Positions 48,728-58,800 of a stretch of DNA of 64,000 nucleotides are shown one piece after another (position 1 is the stretch's first letter; each line of letters begins with the position of its first letter). The stretch lies in NCBI GenBank assembly GCA_947501605.1, contig CANMWZ010000012.1:42795-106794 (forward strand). Direction: 5' to 3'. A program made the translations under genes and the position numbers. The DNA comes from Planctomycetota bacterium (GTDB taxonomy: Bacteria > Planctomycetota > UBA1135 > UBA2386). The notes under the pieces are model-generated. The model worked only from the letters and a program-made list of their open reading frames with translations. It did no database searches and was not told where the DNA came from.

Positions 48728-50109
48728 CACACGACCTCGAACCGATCGCCTTTCTGCGGGACCTCGACCTTGCTGAACCCGTGGTCGCGCAGTTTTTGGG
48801 CATACGATTCGGCCTGTGGACCCTCGCCGTGCACGACGAACACTTGCCGGCATGTCTTGCGCAGATGGCCGGTCGCCGCGAGCAGTTCTTCGTAGTCTGC
48901 ATGGGCCGAGAACCCGGGCATGAACGCGACCTTGCAGGCGACGTCGTACTCGTCGCCATAGATGCGGACGCGCTCCCAGCCGTCGAGCAACTTGCGGCCC
49001 AGGGTCCCCTGCGCCTGGTAGCCAACCAGAAGCAAGCAGTCCTCCTTTCGCCCGACGCTCTGCTTCAGGTGGTGCAGGATGCGGCCGGCCTCGAGCATCC
49101 CCGAGGCGGAGACGATGATCCCCCGCCGCATTGCGTTGAGGGACTTGCTCTCCTCCATGTCGGCGACGTAGCGCACGCCGTCGAAAAAGAAGGGGTTCTC
49201 GCCGCGTTCGAGGATCGCGCGAGTCTCGCGATCGAACAGCTTGGGATGGCGTGCCATGATACTCGTCGCTTCGCGGCTCATCGGTGAGTCGACCCAGATG
49301 GGCAGCTTGGGGATGAGACCCTTCGCCATCAGTTGCCCGAGATAGAGCACGACCGTCTGCGTGCGGCCGACGGAGAATGCGGGGATCAGGATACGCCCGC
49401 CGTCCTGTTGCTCTCTGTTGATGATGCGCATCAACGACTCCCGCATGTCGATCTCCTTGTCATGCAGGCGGTCGCCATAGGTTGACTCTGTGATCAGCAC
49501 ATCGCAGCGTTCGATGCGGTCCGGATCGCGGAGGATCGGTAGGTTCTTGCGACCGTGATCGCCCGTAAACACGATGCGGCGCTGCTTTCCTTCGTGGTCC
49601 ACGTCGAGTTGGACGATCGCGGCACCGAGGATGTGGCCCGCGTCGAGAAACTCACAGCGCACGCCGGGTACGACCTCGAACGGGTGGCGATAGGGCACCG
49701 GCCGCACCAGTTTGAGCGTTTCGGCAACGTCCATCTCGTCGTAGATCGGCTCGATGTCCTGGCCGTGCTTGCTCAAGTAGCCGAGGTCCTGCGCCTGGAT
49801 CTTGGCCGCGTCGTACAACATCAAGTGCAACATGTCGGCCGTTGCCTCGGTGCAGTGGATTGGGCCGCGGAAGCCGTCCTTGACCAGCTTCGGAATCGAG
49901 CCGCAGTGGTCGATGTGCGCGTGCGAGAGCACGAGCACGTCGACCAGAGTGCCGGCGATGGGGAGGTTGCGATTGGCAGCCTCGGCAATCTTGCGCGGGC
50001 CCTGCACCATGCCGCAATCCAGCAGGATCTTGGTTGGCCCCACCGTCAGCAGGTGTTTGGTGCCGGTTACATGGCGGGCGGCGCCGAGAAACTGGAGCGC
50101 GATGGTCAT
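48727..50109 (-). CDS. MBL-fold beta-CASP RNA-processing nuclease
   Basis: FLGAARHVTG, LDCG, SHAHIDH, AGHILG, ESTYG, PAFSVGR, SAHAD, VHGE. Confidence 0.92.
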   Translation of the reverse strand: MTIALQFLGAARHVTGTKHLLTVGPTKILLDCGMVQGPRKIAEAANRNLPIAGTLVDVLVLSHAHIDHCGSIPKLVKDGFRGPIHCTEATADMLHLMLYDAAKIQAQDLGYLSKHGQDIEPIYDEMDVAETLKLVRPVPYRHPFEVVPGVRCEFLDAGHILGAAIVQLDVDHEGKQRRIVFTGDHGRKNLPILRDPDRIERCDVLITESTYGDRLHDKEIDMRESLMRIINREQQDGGRILIPAFSVGRTQTVVLYLGQLMAKGLIPKLPIWVDSPMSREATSIMARHPKLFDRETRAILERGENPFFFDGVRYVADMEESKSLNAMRRGIIVSASGMLEAGRILHHLKQSVGRKEDCLLLVGYQAQGTLGRKLLDGWERVRIYGDEYDVACKVAFMPGFSAHADYEELLAATGHLRKTCRQVFVVHGEGPQAESYAQKLRDHGFSKVEVPQKGDRFEVV

Positions 50110-51023
50110 GAGCGGAGGCCTTTCACTCGTTCGCTGTTCTTGAAATGGAGCTTGGCGATGCGACCCATCAATTCTCGGCCGCCGATCGCGAACGCGCGCT
50201 TGGCGGCGACGTCAACCGGCGCCCCACCGCCCTTGTGCAAATCGGTGCCACTCTCGGCCTCGCACTCCTGAAACCCCTCGACGAAGCGCACGCGCGCGAC
50301 AACGCTGGCGGCTCCCACGACGGGATGGGCTTCGGCGCGCGGCACCTGCACGAGACGTCGAGGCGGCTTGCCACACCTGGTCGCAAGCCGCGTGCGAATC
50401 AGGCTCTCGTCGGCGAAGCGGTCCACGATCACTGCAGCATCCGGATGGCGCATGAGCAGGGTCGCAATCGCGTCGGCATGCAGATCGGCAAGCACGTGGT
50501 TGACGTTCTTGGCTTCGGACCAGCGCGCGTTGTAGTCCACGGGCATCAGCACGCGCACTTCGCAGTCGAAGCTGCGTTCGATCAACTCTGCCATCGGAAA
50601 CATGCGCTGATCCGAGAGAGTCTTGCTGTCAGCGACACCCATGGCCTTCAGCTCTGTGCTCTTGGCTGGTTCGACGTAGACCGATGCGACGACGAGCGGA
50701 CCGAAGAAATCACCCTTTCCAGCTTCGTCGGAACCGATGGTCGGCATGTCGAATGGAAGGTCGGGGTCGCCGTCATCGCGCGGCTTCGAAGGCGCCGCCG
50801 CGGAGCCGACGAAGAACTCGTTGACGAAGCTGTCGAGTGACTTGCCTTGGAGCACGATCTTGCCGCTCGTGTAGCACACGAGGCTGACGCCCATCGCCTT
50901 GACTGCGTAGCGCGCATGATCCACGTGGCGCCATTCTGCATCCGGCGGCAAGGCTGCACGAAGGTGCTGCTCGAGCGCTGCCGCGGCGCGCGCATCGAGT
51001 GCGAACACCTTCGTCGTCGTCAC
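50106..51023 (-). CDS. rnhC: Ribonuclease HIII
   Basis: N-terminal TBP-like YTSGKIVLQG; IGSDEAGKGDFFGPL, DSK, VDRF, AASVVAR, KLHFKN; GTG start in GTGA overlap. Confidence 0.9.
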   Translation of the reverse strand: MTTTKVFALDARAAAALEQHLRAALPPDAEWRHVDHARYAVKAMGVSLVCYTSGKIVLQGKSLDSFVNEFFVGSAAAPSKPRDDGDPDLPFDMPTIGSDEAGKGDFFGPLVVASVYVEPAKSTELKAMGVADSKTLSDQRMFPMAELIERSFDCEVRVLMPVDYNARWSEAKNVNHVLADLHADAIATLLMRHPDAAVIVDRFADESLIRTRLATRCGKPPRRLVQVPRAEAHPVVGAASVVARVRFVEGFQECEAESGTDLHKGGGAPVDVAAKRAFAIGGRELMGRIAKLHFKNSERVKGLRS

Positions 51024-51325
51024 GTCTTCACCGTGACGGTCCGACTGGACATGGTCAGTGGCAAGATCAGCGGGAACAACAGCAAGTCCGTGAACGAGAA
51101 CTCGGTCTCGATCGTGTAGCTCGTCAGGTTGTTGGCGATGTTCTGCGCGTTCACCTCGTTGAGGCGAACGAGGCCGAAGAAGATGTAGTACTGACGAACC
51201 GTCGTCTGACCGATCCCGGTCGGGCCGAGGCCGACGATGTGCTCGTGCGCGACACAGCTGACGCACGGAAGAAAGCAGAACGCAGCGGCCAGTGGCCAGC
51301 GCCGACGAGTTGCAGGAAGACGCAC
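51020..51325 (-). CDS. Small Bor/Iss-like lipoprotein
   Basis: Lipobox-like CVSC; HEH.VG.G...QYYIFFGL...IETEFSF.D...SRTVTV. Confidence 0.6.
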   Translation of the reverse strand: MRLPATRRRWPLAAAFCFLPCVSCVAHEHIVGLGPTGIGQTTVRQYYIFFGLVRLNEVNAQNIANNLTSYTIETEFSFTDLLLFPLILPLTMSSRTVTVKT

Positions 51326-51364
51326 GGTGCCGTTGTAGCGCGAGGCGCTGCTTCGGGCATCGGG

Positions 51365-52504
51365 TTAGTCTGCTCGTGGTGGCCCATCCCGATCTGGAGC
51401 GTGGAAGGGGGAATCGCCGAGCTCGTCGTCGGACCAGTCGTCGCGGGGCTCTTCAGCCAGACCGTGCGGTCCGTCATCGACCTCACCGGCGATCGACTCG
51501 CTCAAGGCACGCAAGTCAGACTCGTGGTCCGGCGAAGACTCCGCGTGTTCTGCCGCCTCGACGCCTCGGGACCCGGAGATCGCACTCGTCGCCGCCGCAG
51601 CCAGTTGATTCTGTTCGTCGAGGTCGGCCCGCCGCAGCCGTTCGCGCGCGGCGTTGTCGACCCTAAGTCGCTTGATCAGCGCCATCGCCAGCAAGGGCAG
51701 TGTGAGCACCATAGAGATCGAGAAGAACTGCTCGAGCAACGATCGCCACGCAGCACCAGAGCCGTGGACGACGTGCTCCCGCCACGCTTCCTGCAGCGCG
51801 GCGGTCGGGCGGTGAGTGGCGGCGACGAGCGCGCGATCGAACGAGGTTTCGTCATCGACCGCGGCAGCCATGGCGACCAGGGTCTTGATGTCGTACTCAC
51901 GCTGGAGCCACGACACGAAGGAGTAGCTCTGCGCGTAGGCGATGCCGAGCATGTGCCGCCCAGACGGAAACACCGCCTCGAGATCGGAGAACGGGATCAA
52001 CTGTCCAGTCGCGGCACGCCAGACGATCATCTCCTCGCTGGCGCCGAGATAGGTGTCGTTGGCTAGCACCTGCGCCAAGCCTTCATGAAACCAGCGCGGG
52101 AGCCGACCGCCGTGACGGCCACAGTGTTGGTCGAGCAGTTCATGCACGATTTCATGCATGACCACCGGCCGAAGGCCGCGCCCGTTTGCTTTGGTCTCGG
52201 CAAGCAACAGGTGGATCTCGTGGCGCGCGAGCAGCGCGAAGCCCGGCGAGCCCTCGTGGTGCATGGCTTGGAGTGACTTGGGTAGCTCAGCCCCGGATTC
52301 GTGGACGATGACGCGAAACGGCTGACGCGGGGCACCGGGAAAAGTCGCACGTAGGGCTAGCAGGCACGGCCCGATCTCTGCCTGCACCGCGGCGATCGAC
52401 TGCGGAGCGACATCCGGACTCGCTGCGGATACGGTCACGCGGCCGCCGGACGGATCTTGCGTCCAGCAGCAAAGCAGCAACGAGAGAATGCCCGGCAGGA
52501 TCAT
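51365..52504 (-). CDS. Peptidase MA-like exported metallopeptidase with C-terminal TM
   Basis: HEIVH, PRWFHEGLA, AYAQSYSFV; TM followed by acidic tail. Confidence 0.8.
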   Translation of the reverse strand: MILPGILSLLLCCWTQDPSGGRVTVSAASPDVAPQSIAAVQAEIGPCLLALRATFPGAPRQPFRVIVHESGAELPKSLQAMHHEGSPGFALLARHEIHLLLAETKANGRGLRPVVMHEIVHELLDQHCGRHGGRLPRWFHEGLAQVLANDTYLGASEEMIVWRAATGQLIPFSDLEAVFPSGRHMLGIAYAQSYSFVSWLQREYDIKTLVAMAAAVDDETSFDRALVAATHRPTAALQEAWREHVVHGSGAAWRSLLEQFFSISMVLTLPLLAMALIKRLRVDNAARERLRRADLDEQNQLAAAATSAISGSRGVEAAEHAESSPDHESDLRALSESIAGEVDDGPHGLAEEPRDDWSDDELGDSPFHAPDRDGPPRAD

Positions 52505-52569
52505 GCGCGGGCGCCGTCATAGGCCCGCTTCCCACACCGGAGAAGCCCGCTAACAACAACGAGCGAACG

Positions 52570-52935
52570 ATGAAGACCTGGCAAGTGCTCCTTCCTGTTC
52601 CCTGTGTCCTGGCTCTTCTGGCGATGGTGCCGCAAGACCCCCAGGGCACTCAGGACCCCTCGGTCACCGACGTGTCCAACGTAATGCAGGTTTCGGAACT
52701 GCAGTATGTCGACCTGCAGGGCAAGACGAGTGTGGTGCCATCCCGCAACGTCTTCGAGGTGCGGTTGCTCGAAGACACCGAGCGCGGCATGCGGATCGAG
52801 ATCCTCTACGACAACGGTGATTACTCGCTCATCGACGCACAGGCGATGCACATCCTGCGCAGCGGCAAGGACCCGATGGACGTCCGTTTTGTTCGCAGCG
52901 CGCGATCGCGCATGCGCTTCCCGAAGATGAAGTGA
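52570..52935 (+). CDS. Small exported hypothetical protein
   Basis: Signal-like N-terminus, beta-rich body, coding-like codon usage. Confidence 0.6.
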   Translation: MKTWQVLLPVPCVLALLAMVPQDPQGTQDPSVTDVSNVMQVSELQYVDLQGKTSVVPSRNVFEVRLLEDTERGMRIEILYDNGDYSLIDAQAMHILRSGKDPMDVRFVRSARSRMRFPKMK

Positions 52936-53060
52936 CACAGCTTGGTGGCGGCGGGAGCCAGTGACATCGGTGCTTGGTGAGCGCTGTGTCGCGGACTTCA
53001 CCACCTGGTGCGCGAACGTCGAAAAGCGTTCGCAGGATCAGGTCGGCTCCCAGGATCGAA

Positions 53061-54227
53061 ATGTCCACAACGTCACATCGCCACCGCCAGAGACTCTTGA
53101 CCCGCAGCGACCTCATCGAGCTCTCGGTGGCGGAGGATCGCATCCTGACTTGGCTCGGTAACGGCGAGCTCGTGTGCGTCGGCGAACTGACGGACGAGGC
53201 TGCTACCGACGAGGTCTACGCGGCGACCGCGGACTCCTTGGGCGACCAGTTGCAACTGCTGTTGCAACAGCACGGACGCAACGAGGTGGTCCTCGACCTC
53301 GAGACCGTTCGCACCCTGCTCGCAGATCAGGAAAGTGACCGGCGCGAGCATGGCGACAGCAGCAGCAACGAGCCTTCGTCCGAGACAACTGCGGAGGACG
53401 TCATCGCTGAACACGGAGCTGAAGAAGCACTGGACGTGACGATCGAGAACATCTCGTCAGCGATCGAGAACCTGATCGAAACCAGTGACCACCTGCCGGC
53501 GGACCTTCGCGACGACGCCAGCGAGAATGCACCGCTGGTGCTCACAGACAACCTCGACGAGGGCACGGACATCGTCGAGCAAGCAACCCACGCCGCGCCG
53601 CTCGAAGTGATCCCGACCGAACCCACCCCGCTTGTGCGGCCAGCCGTCGATGCACATCGTGCTGCACCGGTCAGAATCGCCGCTTCGGCAGCCCAGGTTC
53701 TGCCACAGACGATGGCGTCGGTGCGGGGAGCAATGCCGCCGTCGGTTCCATCGCTGACGATCGACCTGCAGCCCTTGCTCGAGTCGATGCAGCAGATTCA
53801 CCTAGCTCTCCTGACGCTCGGTGAGCGACCGCAACCGCAGTTTGACGCGACACCAATCGTGTCGGCTCTCGATCACGGCATCCGCTCGCTCAACCAACAC
53901 ATTGCAGCCGCCGGTGACCGGACCACCGTGAGTGAGGGTCTTGGGCAGTTGCACAGTGCCATCGTCGCCGGCAATGCCGCCCTCGCGGAGTCGATCCTGA
54001 CGCTTGGGCAGCGAATGGAAGCCGCTGTGCACGCGATGTTGTCGCGAAGCCCAGTGGCTATCGCCGCACGCAGTTTTGACGCCACGAGCGGTATCGCCGC
54101 CGCCACCATCGCCGCTGGCTGGGCGTCGTCGATGTGGCTCTATGGCAGTGACACGCGTCTTGCGCTCTCCGTGCTCGTCTGCGCCAACCTGGTTGGCTGC
54201 TGTGCGCTCTTGCTACGCCGCCGTTGA
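53061..54227 (+). CDS. Acidic hypothetical protein with two C-terminal TM segments
   Basis: Long ORF in an otherwise unassigned gap; start uncertain (ATG 53061 chosen). Confidence 0.55.
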   Translation: MSTTSHRHRQRLLTRSDLIELSVAEDRILTWLGNGELVCVGELTDEAATDEVYAATADSLGDQLQLLLQQHGRNEVVLDLETVRTLLADQESDRREHGDSSSNEPSSETTAEDVIAEHGAEEALDVTIENISSAIENLIETSDHLPADLRDDASENAPLVLTDNLDEGTDIVEQATHAAPLEVIPTEPTPLVRPAVDAHRAAPVRIAASAAQVLPQTMASVRGAMPPSVPSLTIDLQPLLESMQQIHLALLTLGERPQPQFDATPIVSALDHGIRSLNQHIAAAGDRTTVSEGLGQLHSAIVAGNAALAESILTLGQRMEAAVHAMLSRSPVAIAARSFDATSGIAAATIAAGWASSMWLYGSDTRLALSVLVCANLVGCCALLLRRR

Positions 54228-54241
54228 GAGGGAGTCGGCAT

Positions 54242-56638
54242 TCAGTCGCGCGGGTGCGTCGGGCTCAGCAGGTTTGCGAGCAGGCGGACACTGCCTGGGT
54301 GCAGTTTCTTCAGCTGCCGCCACAACGATAGTGCGCAGTACACGAACTCGCCGTTGCCAGTTCGTGCATAGAGCAGTGCCGAGCGTTCCGGCGGCAGCCC
54401 TGGGTCGTTGAGTTCGAGCACTTCCTCGTACTCGCTGGCATAGACCGAGGGAAAGTAGAGCCCGCGCTCTTGCTCCCATCCATCCCAGTCGCCAGCCCGA
54501 ATCGCGTTCGGTCGCGTCAACAGACAATGCTCTGGTGCGAGTAGCCGCACCGGTGCATCGGCACGCGTCACGCGACCACGACCGATCTCGAACGGTTGGA
54601 ATGGCGCACCGCGGAAGCCCTCGCCCGGCGGCTCGTACTCAACGTCCTTGTGGTAGAAGACCACCAGTCGCTTGCCGCGTTGAGAGCAGAACTCGAGCAG
54701 GCGGCGGAAACTCTGCCGCGCCTGCGGCCGATCTCGCAGCGCGCGAACGTCGACCACAATCGTGTCGAACTCGGCGAGATCACCGACCGCAAGATCGATG
54801 TCGCTCAGGCCCGCCCAGTGCAGACCGAAGCCACCTGCACCGATGACGGAGGTCAGGGCATCGTCGAGGCTGCGCACGACTCCGACGCGCAAGCTCGGGT
54901 CGATCTCGACGTCGACCTTGTGCACCGGCAGAACGACGCGATTGTCGCCGAGCGAGATTCGCACGCGATCTACACCGGATCCTCGATTCTGCGGGGCACG
55001 TAGCGAGAACTCGAAGATGTCACTGCGGACGGTGTCGAGAGCCACCTTCGTGCGCGGCCCTTCGATGCGATAGCCGGCAGATGCTCGCAGGTCCAGATCG
55101 CCGACGACGGGAGACGCCGAGTGGCGTTCGGCCTTCACCGTAAAACGCACTTCTTCGCGCGAGGCCGGCAACAGCAGCATGCGCGGGACAACGGTCAGCT
55201 GCACTGGCGGCTTCAGGTCCACTGGCACGTTGACGATGGCGGGTAACTCGAGCGACCCGAGTTGCATCGAGAATCGGAGCTGCACTGGTGGCACGAAGCG
55301 GTCGCCCCGAAAGCGCGCGTCGAGTGCCTCGCCATCCGCGGGTTCGGTGCGGGGCACGCTGTAGGTCACAACCGCGTGAAGACTGCTCGTCGCTGCAATC
55401 GCAGTGCTATCGCCGTCGATTGGATCGAGACGCGCCAGTCCACGTTCGGCGCTGACGCTCACGCGATCGATGGCGCGTGGGCCGCCGACGCGGACGTGCA
55501 CGTCGAACTCGAGTTCTTCACCTGGTACTGCTGCTGCTCCAGGTCGCGCGGTGACCTCGACCTGGATTGCGTCAGCGTGGCGTACCACGTCGAGAACGGC
55601 ATCAAGGCGACGATCGCGGCGATGCGCGGCATCGGTGCCGGGGGTGCAGGACAGTGACCGAAGCTGCTCGGCGACAGCGATCGCTGACTCGATGCCGGCA
55701 GCATCCGCCTTGTCCCCGCGCAAGCCGGCCAGAGCATTCTTCAGGGACAGACGCTGTGACTCGGAAAGTGCTAGCTGGCCCGCGTCGAGCAATGTCGGCA
55801 CGCCGTCGAACAACGACGAGGGTCCCGCATGAAGGGGCAAGGGAACCGCGGCGAAGCGCGTGTGCGACTCGAACAGCGATCCGATTGTCGAAGGGCGACC
55901 GGGACTCACGTGGTTGCGCAACAGCACGTCGTAGGCAAGCCGCCGCCACGTTTCGCCGCGGACGGCGTCGAACTCGTCGGCCTGGAGTGCAAATGCGACA
56001 GGTGCCGGGCTACTGGTCGCTCCGAGGAACAGCGTGCGCACGCGATGTGTCTGAAGCTGCGGCAGGAAGTTCGCGTCCGCGGCGAGTGCGACGGCCTCAG
56101 GCAGGACATCGGCCAAAGCGAGGTCGTGGCCGTGCGTCTCCTCGCCGTGGTGCGTGCTCATCACAACGTCGGGGCGGATCGTTCTCAGCAGGCGTACGAC
56201 TTCGCGAACGGTTTCTTCGCGGCCCCACTCTGCGAACGTCTCGGCGGCCGTACGGCGAAAGCCGCGATCTGGACGATCGAGATACCAGACGTCGCCACCG
56301 AAGCTCGCACAGCCAGCTTCGGCTTCCATCGTTCGGATGCGCTCGAGTTCGTCGCCAGTCTCGGGCCCCAGACTGTTCTGGCCACCACCACCGCGTGAAG
56401 CAAGGAGCACAGCGACCCGCGCGCCGAAGTGGTAGCGAAGGTAAACCGCAGGCAGCACGTAGCGGTCATCCGGGTGCGACGCGACCAGCAGCACGAGCGC
56501 GTCGTTGTTGGCGTCGAGTTGCGCCTGGTGCAGTGCAACGGCACCACTCTGCGTTCGACCCTGCAGGTCAGACCATCGCTGCGCGGGCAGCGCAGTGCAC
56601 AGAACGAGGAAGAGCGGCAGCGGCTTCTTGTGGCGCAT
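54242..56638 (-). CDS. PIG-L/LmbE family deacetylase with Ig-like and GATase-like domains
   Basis: Signal peptide from ATG 56638; SHPDD, RGGGGQN..GPE, IRTME, RPDVV, HGH; WDGWEQERGLYF. Confidence 0.85.
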   Translation of the reverse strand: MRHKKPLPLFLVLCTALPAQRWSDLQGRTQSGAVALHQAQLDANNDALVLLVASHPDDRYVLPAVYLRYHFGARVAVLLASRGGGGQNSLGPETGDELERIRTMEAEAGCASFGGDVWYLDRPDRGFRRTAAETFAEWGREETVREVVRLLRTIRPDVVMSTHHGEETHGHDLALADVLPEAVALAADANFLPQLQTHRVRTLFLGATSSPAPVAFALQADEFDAVRGETWRRLAYDVLLRNHVSPGRPSTIGSLFESHTRFAAVPLPLHAGPSSLFDGVPTLLDAGQLALSESQRLSLKNALAGLRGDKADAAGIESAIAVAEQLRSLSCTPGTDAAHRRDRRLDAVLDVVRHADAIQVEVTARPGAAAVPGEELEFDVHVRVGGPRAIDRVSVSAERGLARLDPIDGDSTAIAATSSLHAVVTYSVPRTEPADGEALDARFRGDRFVPPVQLRFSMQLGSLELPAIVNVPVDLKPPVQLTVVPRMLLLPASREEVRFTVKAERHSASPVVGDLDLRASAGYRIEGPRTKVALDTVRSDIFEFSLRAPQNRGSGVDRVRISLGDNRVVLPVHKVDVEIDPSLRVGVVRSLDDALTSVIGAGGFGLHWAGLSDIDLAVGDLAEFDTIVVDVRALRDRPQARQSFRRLLEFCSQRGKRLVVFYHKDVEYEPPGEGFRGAPFQPFEIGRGRVTRADAPVRLLAPEHCLLTRPNAIRAGDWDGWEQERGLYFPSVYASEYEEVLELNDPGLPPERSALLYARTGNGEFVYCALSLWRQLKKLHPGSVRLLANLLSPTHPRD

Positions 56639-56795
56639 GTTCAATTGGCCCGCGCACACCGCAGGTTGCGTCGCAAGGACCGGACGACCAAGCGCCCAGA
56701 GGAGCATCCTTGCAGACAGCAGCCAGGATACCGAAGCGCCGCGTCCGGGGAGAACCACCGGTCGCGGCGCGCGCATTAATCCTGGCTGCGAGCAA

Positions 56796-58670
56796 TCAGA
56801 AGTTTCGCATTGTCGCGCCGACCGCCACGCCAGCAGCAACCATCGCACCCAGCAGCATCATGACCTCGGGGCCAAATGGGCCCGTCGTCGTGGACAGGTA
56901 GCCGTTTGCGTCAGCCTTCAAGTAGCTCAGCGAGCCGTAGAGGTGCTTTGTCAGAGTCGAGCTATCCGGCAGCATCTGCCAGTCGAAGGGGATGTCTTCG
57001 CTGGGCGGCAGGAATGCAACCAAGCTACTGACCGTCTGGTAGCCGCTCTCGAACTGCGTCTTCCAGTCGGTGAAGGAGATGCTCTGCACGCCTTCGGGGA
57101 GCTTCTCGGCGTAGGCCGCGAACTCCTTGTTGCCGCGGATGTCGGTCTTCGGGTCGTCTTCAGTGCGATCCATGCGCTGGAACGCGCGGCGGATGTCGCT
57201 CGCCGAGAAGGAGGCGACCATATAGCCCTTGTTGAACGCGAAGCTCGGGTTGATCGACTCGAGCGGGTTCATCGGCATGCCCTGCATGTCGATGTTCAGG
57301 CGAATTTGGTAGGTCTTGACGCCGCGCTTCTCTGCCTCTTCGAGCTCGACTTGGCCGTCGCTCATGGCCGAGAGGCTCTTCAGAACCTTGACGATCTTCT
57401 GCTCGTCATTGACCTTGATAAGGAAGGCCATCTCCGGAGGAGCCGTGATGCCCGCAAGCGGAAGGGACCACGTGATCATCGAATCGCCAACCGCGCCGAA
57501 CAGGTCGTCGCGCAGATTGAATCCGATCTGCTTCTCCATCGCCGCGAGATGCGCCATGGCCTCTTCGGCGAACTTCGGGTCGTAGGCACGCATGGCGCCG
57601 ACGATCCCCTCGTAAACACTCATCGGTTCGATGGTCATTGCCGAGAAGTTGACCGCGTCCTTGGGTACCCACTTGAGGAAGCCCATGTCGACGGTCTTGT
57701 CGCCACCAGCGAAGATGCCCTTTCGCTCAGGCGCAGGCACCGCCATGTAGGTGGTCGAGACGGCGCGGCCGTTCTGGTAGCTGCTCGAGCTGGAGACCGA
57801 CTTGAGGGCACGGACACCCAGTGCATCGAGGGCCCGGCCGATACCTTCGACGTCGACTTCCGCCATGTCGGGGTTCATTTCGACGGCGATCTCGAGCGCC
57901 TGCATGGCGAAGTCGAGCATCGGATCAAGGCGCATGAACATCTCGACTTCCGTGCCATCGGTCGTGATGTGCTTGCTGCCGTTCTTGTAGCGGTCAGTCG
58001 CGGCGAGCACTTGCGTGCCCTTCTGCATGTTCTCGACGGTGCTCTTCACGTCCCCAAGCAAGGTGCCGAGGATGACGCCGTTCTTCACCATGGCGACGTT
58101 GAGCGCCATGGTCATCCCAGGCGGCGCGATCTTCGGCTTGAACGTGAGGATCTTCGTCTCACCAGCGAGCGACTCGCTGCGCTCCATCTCCCCGGTCTGA
58201 GAGAGCATTCCCATGCCCATCTCCATCAGCGAGAACCACTGCTGCGCGGTGTCGCCGAACTCCAACTGCAGCATCAAGCCAATCGTCGGCATTGGACCCG
58301 CATCGCCGATCGCCATCGACATCCGCGTCAGCGCAAACGAGGCACCCTTGACTCGCAGTGCCATCAAGCCACTCGGGTCGATCGGCATCTGCCCCTGCTT
58401 GTGCATCTCCTTGGCCTGATCCATGGCCTTCTGAATCTGCTGCGCCACCATCTCACGGGCGTCTTGGACGAAGTTCTGGACCTCTTGCTCATGCCACATC
58501 TTGGCCAGCGGCATCGACCCGAACTCGGCCATCGATGCGTCGAGGTCCGGCATGCTCATCGCCATCACGGTGTCGGCGGGCAGATAAGGCAGCATCGAGG
58601 GCTGCTGGGCGACACCAACCGCGGCGAAAGCGCCGAGAATCGGGAGGAGCATCAGTGGGTTCTTAAGCAT
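56796..58670 (-). CDS. Exported hypothetical protein (DUF3352-like) with C-terminal TM
   Basis: Signal peptide, YLPADT, WVPKDA, C-terminal hydrophobic anchor. Confidence 0.65.
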   Translation of the reverse strand: MLKNPLMLLPILGAFAAVGVAQQPSMLPYLPADTVMAMSMPDLDASMAEFGSMPLAKMWHEQEVQNFVQDAREMVAQQIQKAMDQAKEMHKQGQMPIDPSGLMALRVKGASFALTRMSMAIGDAGPMPTIGLMLQLEFGDTAQQWFSLMEMGMGMLSQTGEMERSESLAGETKILTFKPKIAPPGMTMALNVAMVKNGVILGTLLGDVKSTVENMQKGTQVLAATDRYKNGSKHITTDGTEVEMFMRLDPMLDFAMQALEIAVEMNPDMAEVDVEGIGRALDALGVRALKSVSSSSSYQNGRAVSTTYMAVPAPERKGIFAGGDKTVDMGFLKWVPKDAVNFSAMTIEPMSVYEGIVGAMRAYDPKFAEEAMAHLAAMEKQIGFNLRDDLFGAVGDSMITWSLPLAGITAPPEMAFLIKVNDEQKIVKVLKSLSAMSDGQVELEEAEKRGVKTYQIRLNIDMQGMPMNPLESINPSFAFNKGYMVASFSASDIRRAFQRMDRTEDDPKTDIRGNKEFAAYAEKLPEGVQSISFTDWKTQFESGYQTVSSLVAFLPPSEDIPFDWQMLPDSSTLTKHLYGSLSYLKADANGYLSTTTGPFGPEVMMLLGAMVAAGVAVGATMRNF

Positions 58671-58800
58671 GTTGGTTCTAAGTCTTTTTGGCGTCGTTGG
58701 TTCTGTTTGTCGTTGGCGATTCGCCGGAGTCTGGCGGACGGGCTGGCGTGCGCAGTAGACGAACGCGTATCGAAACCGTCACCCGCGGTGGAACTCAAGC

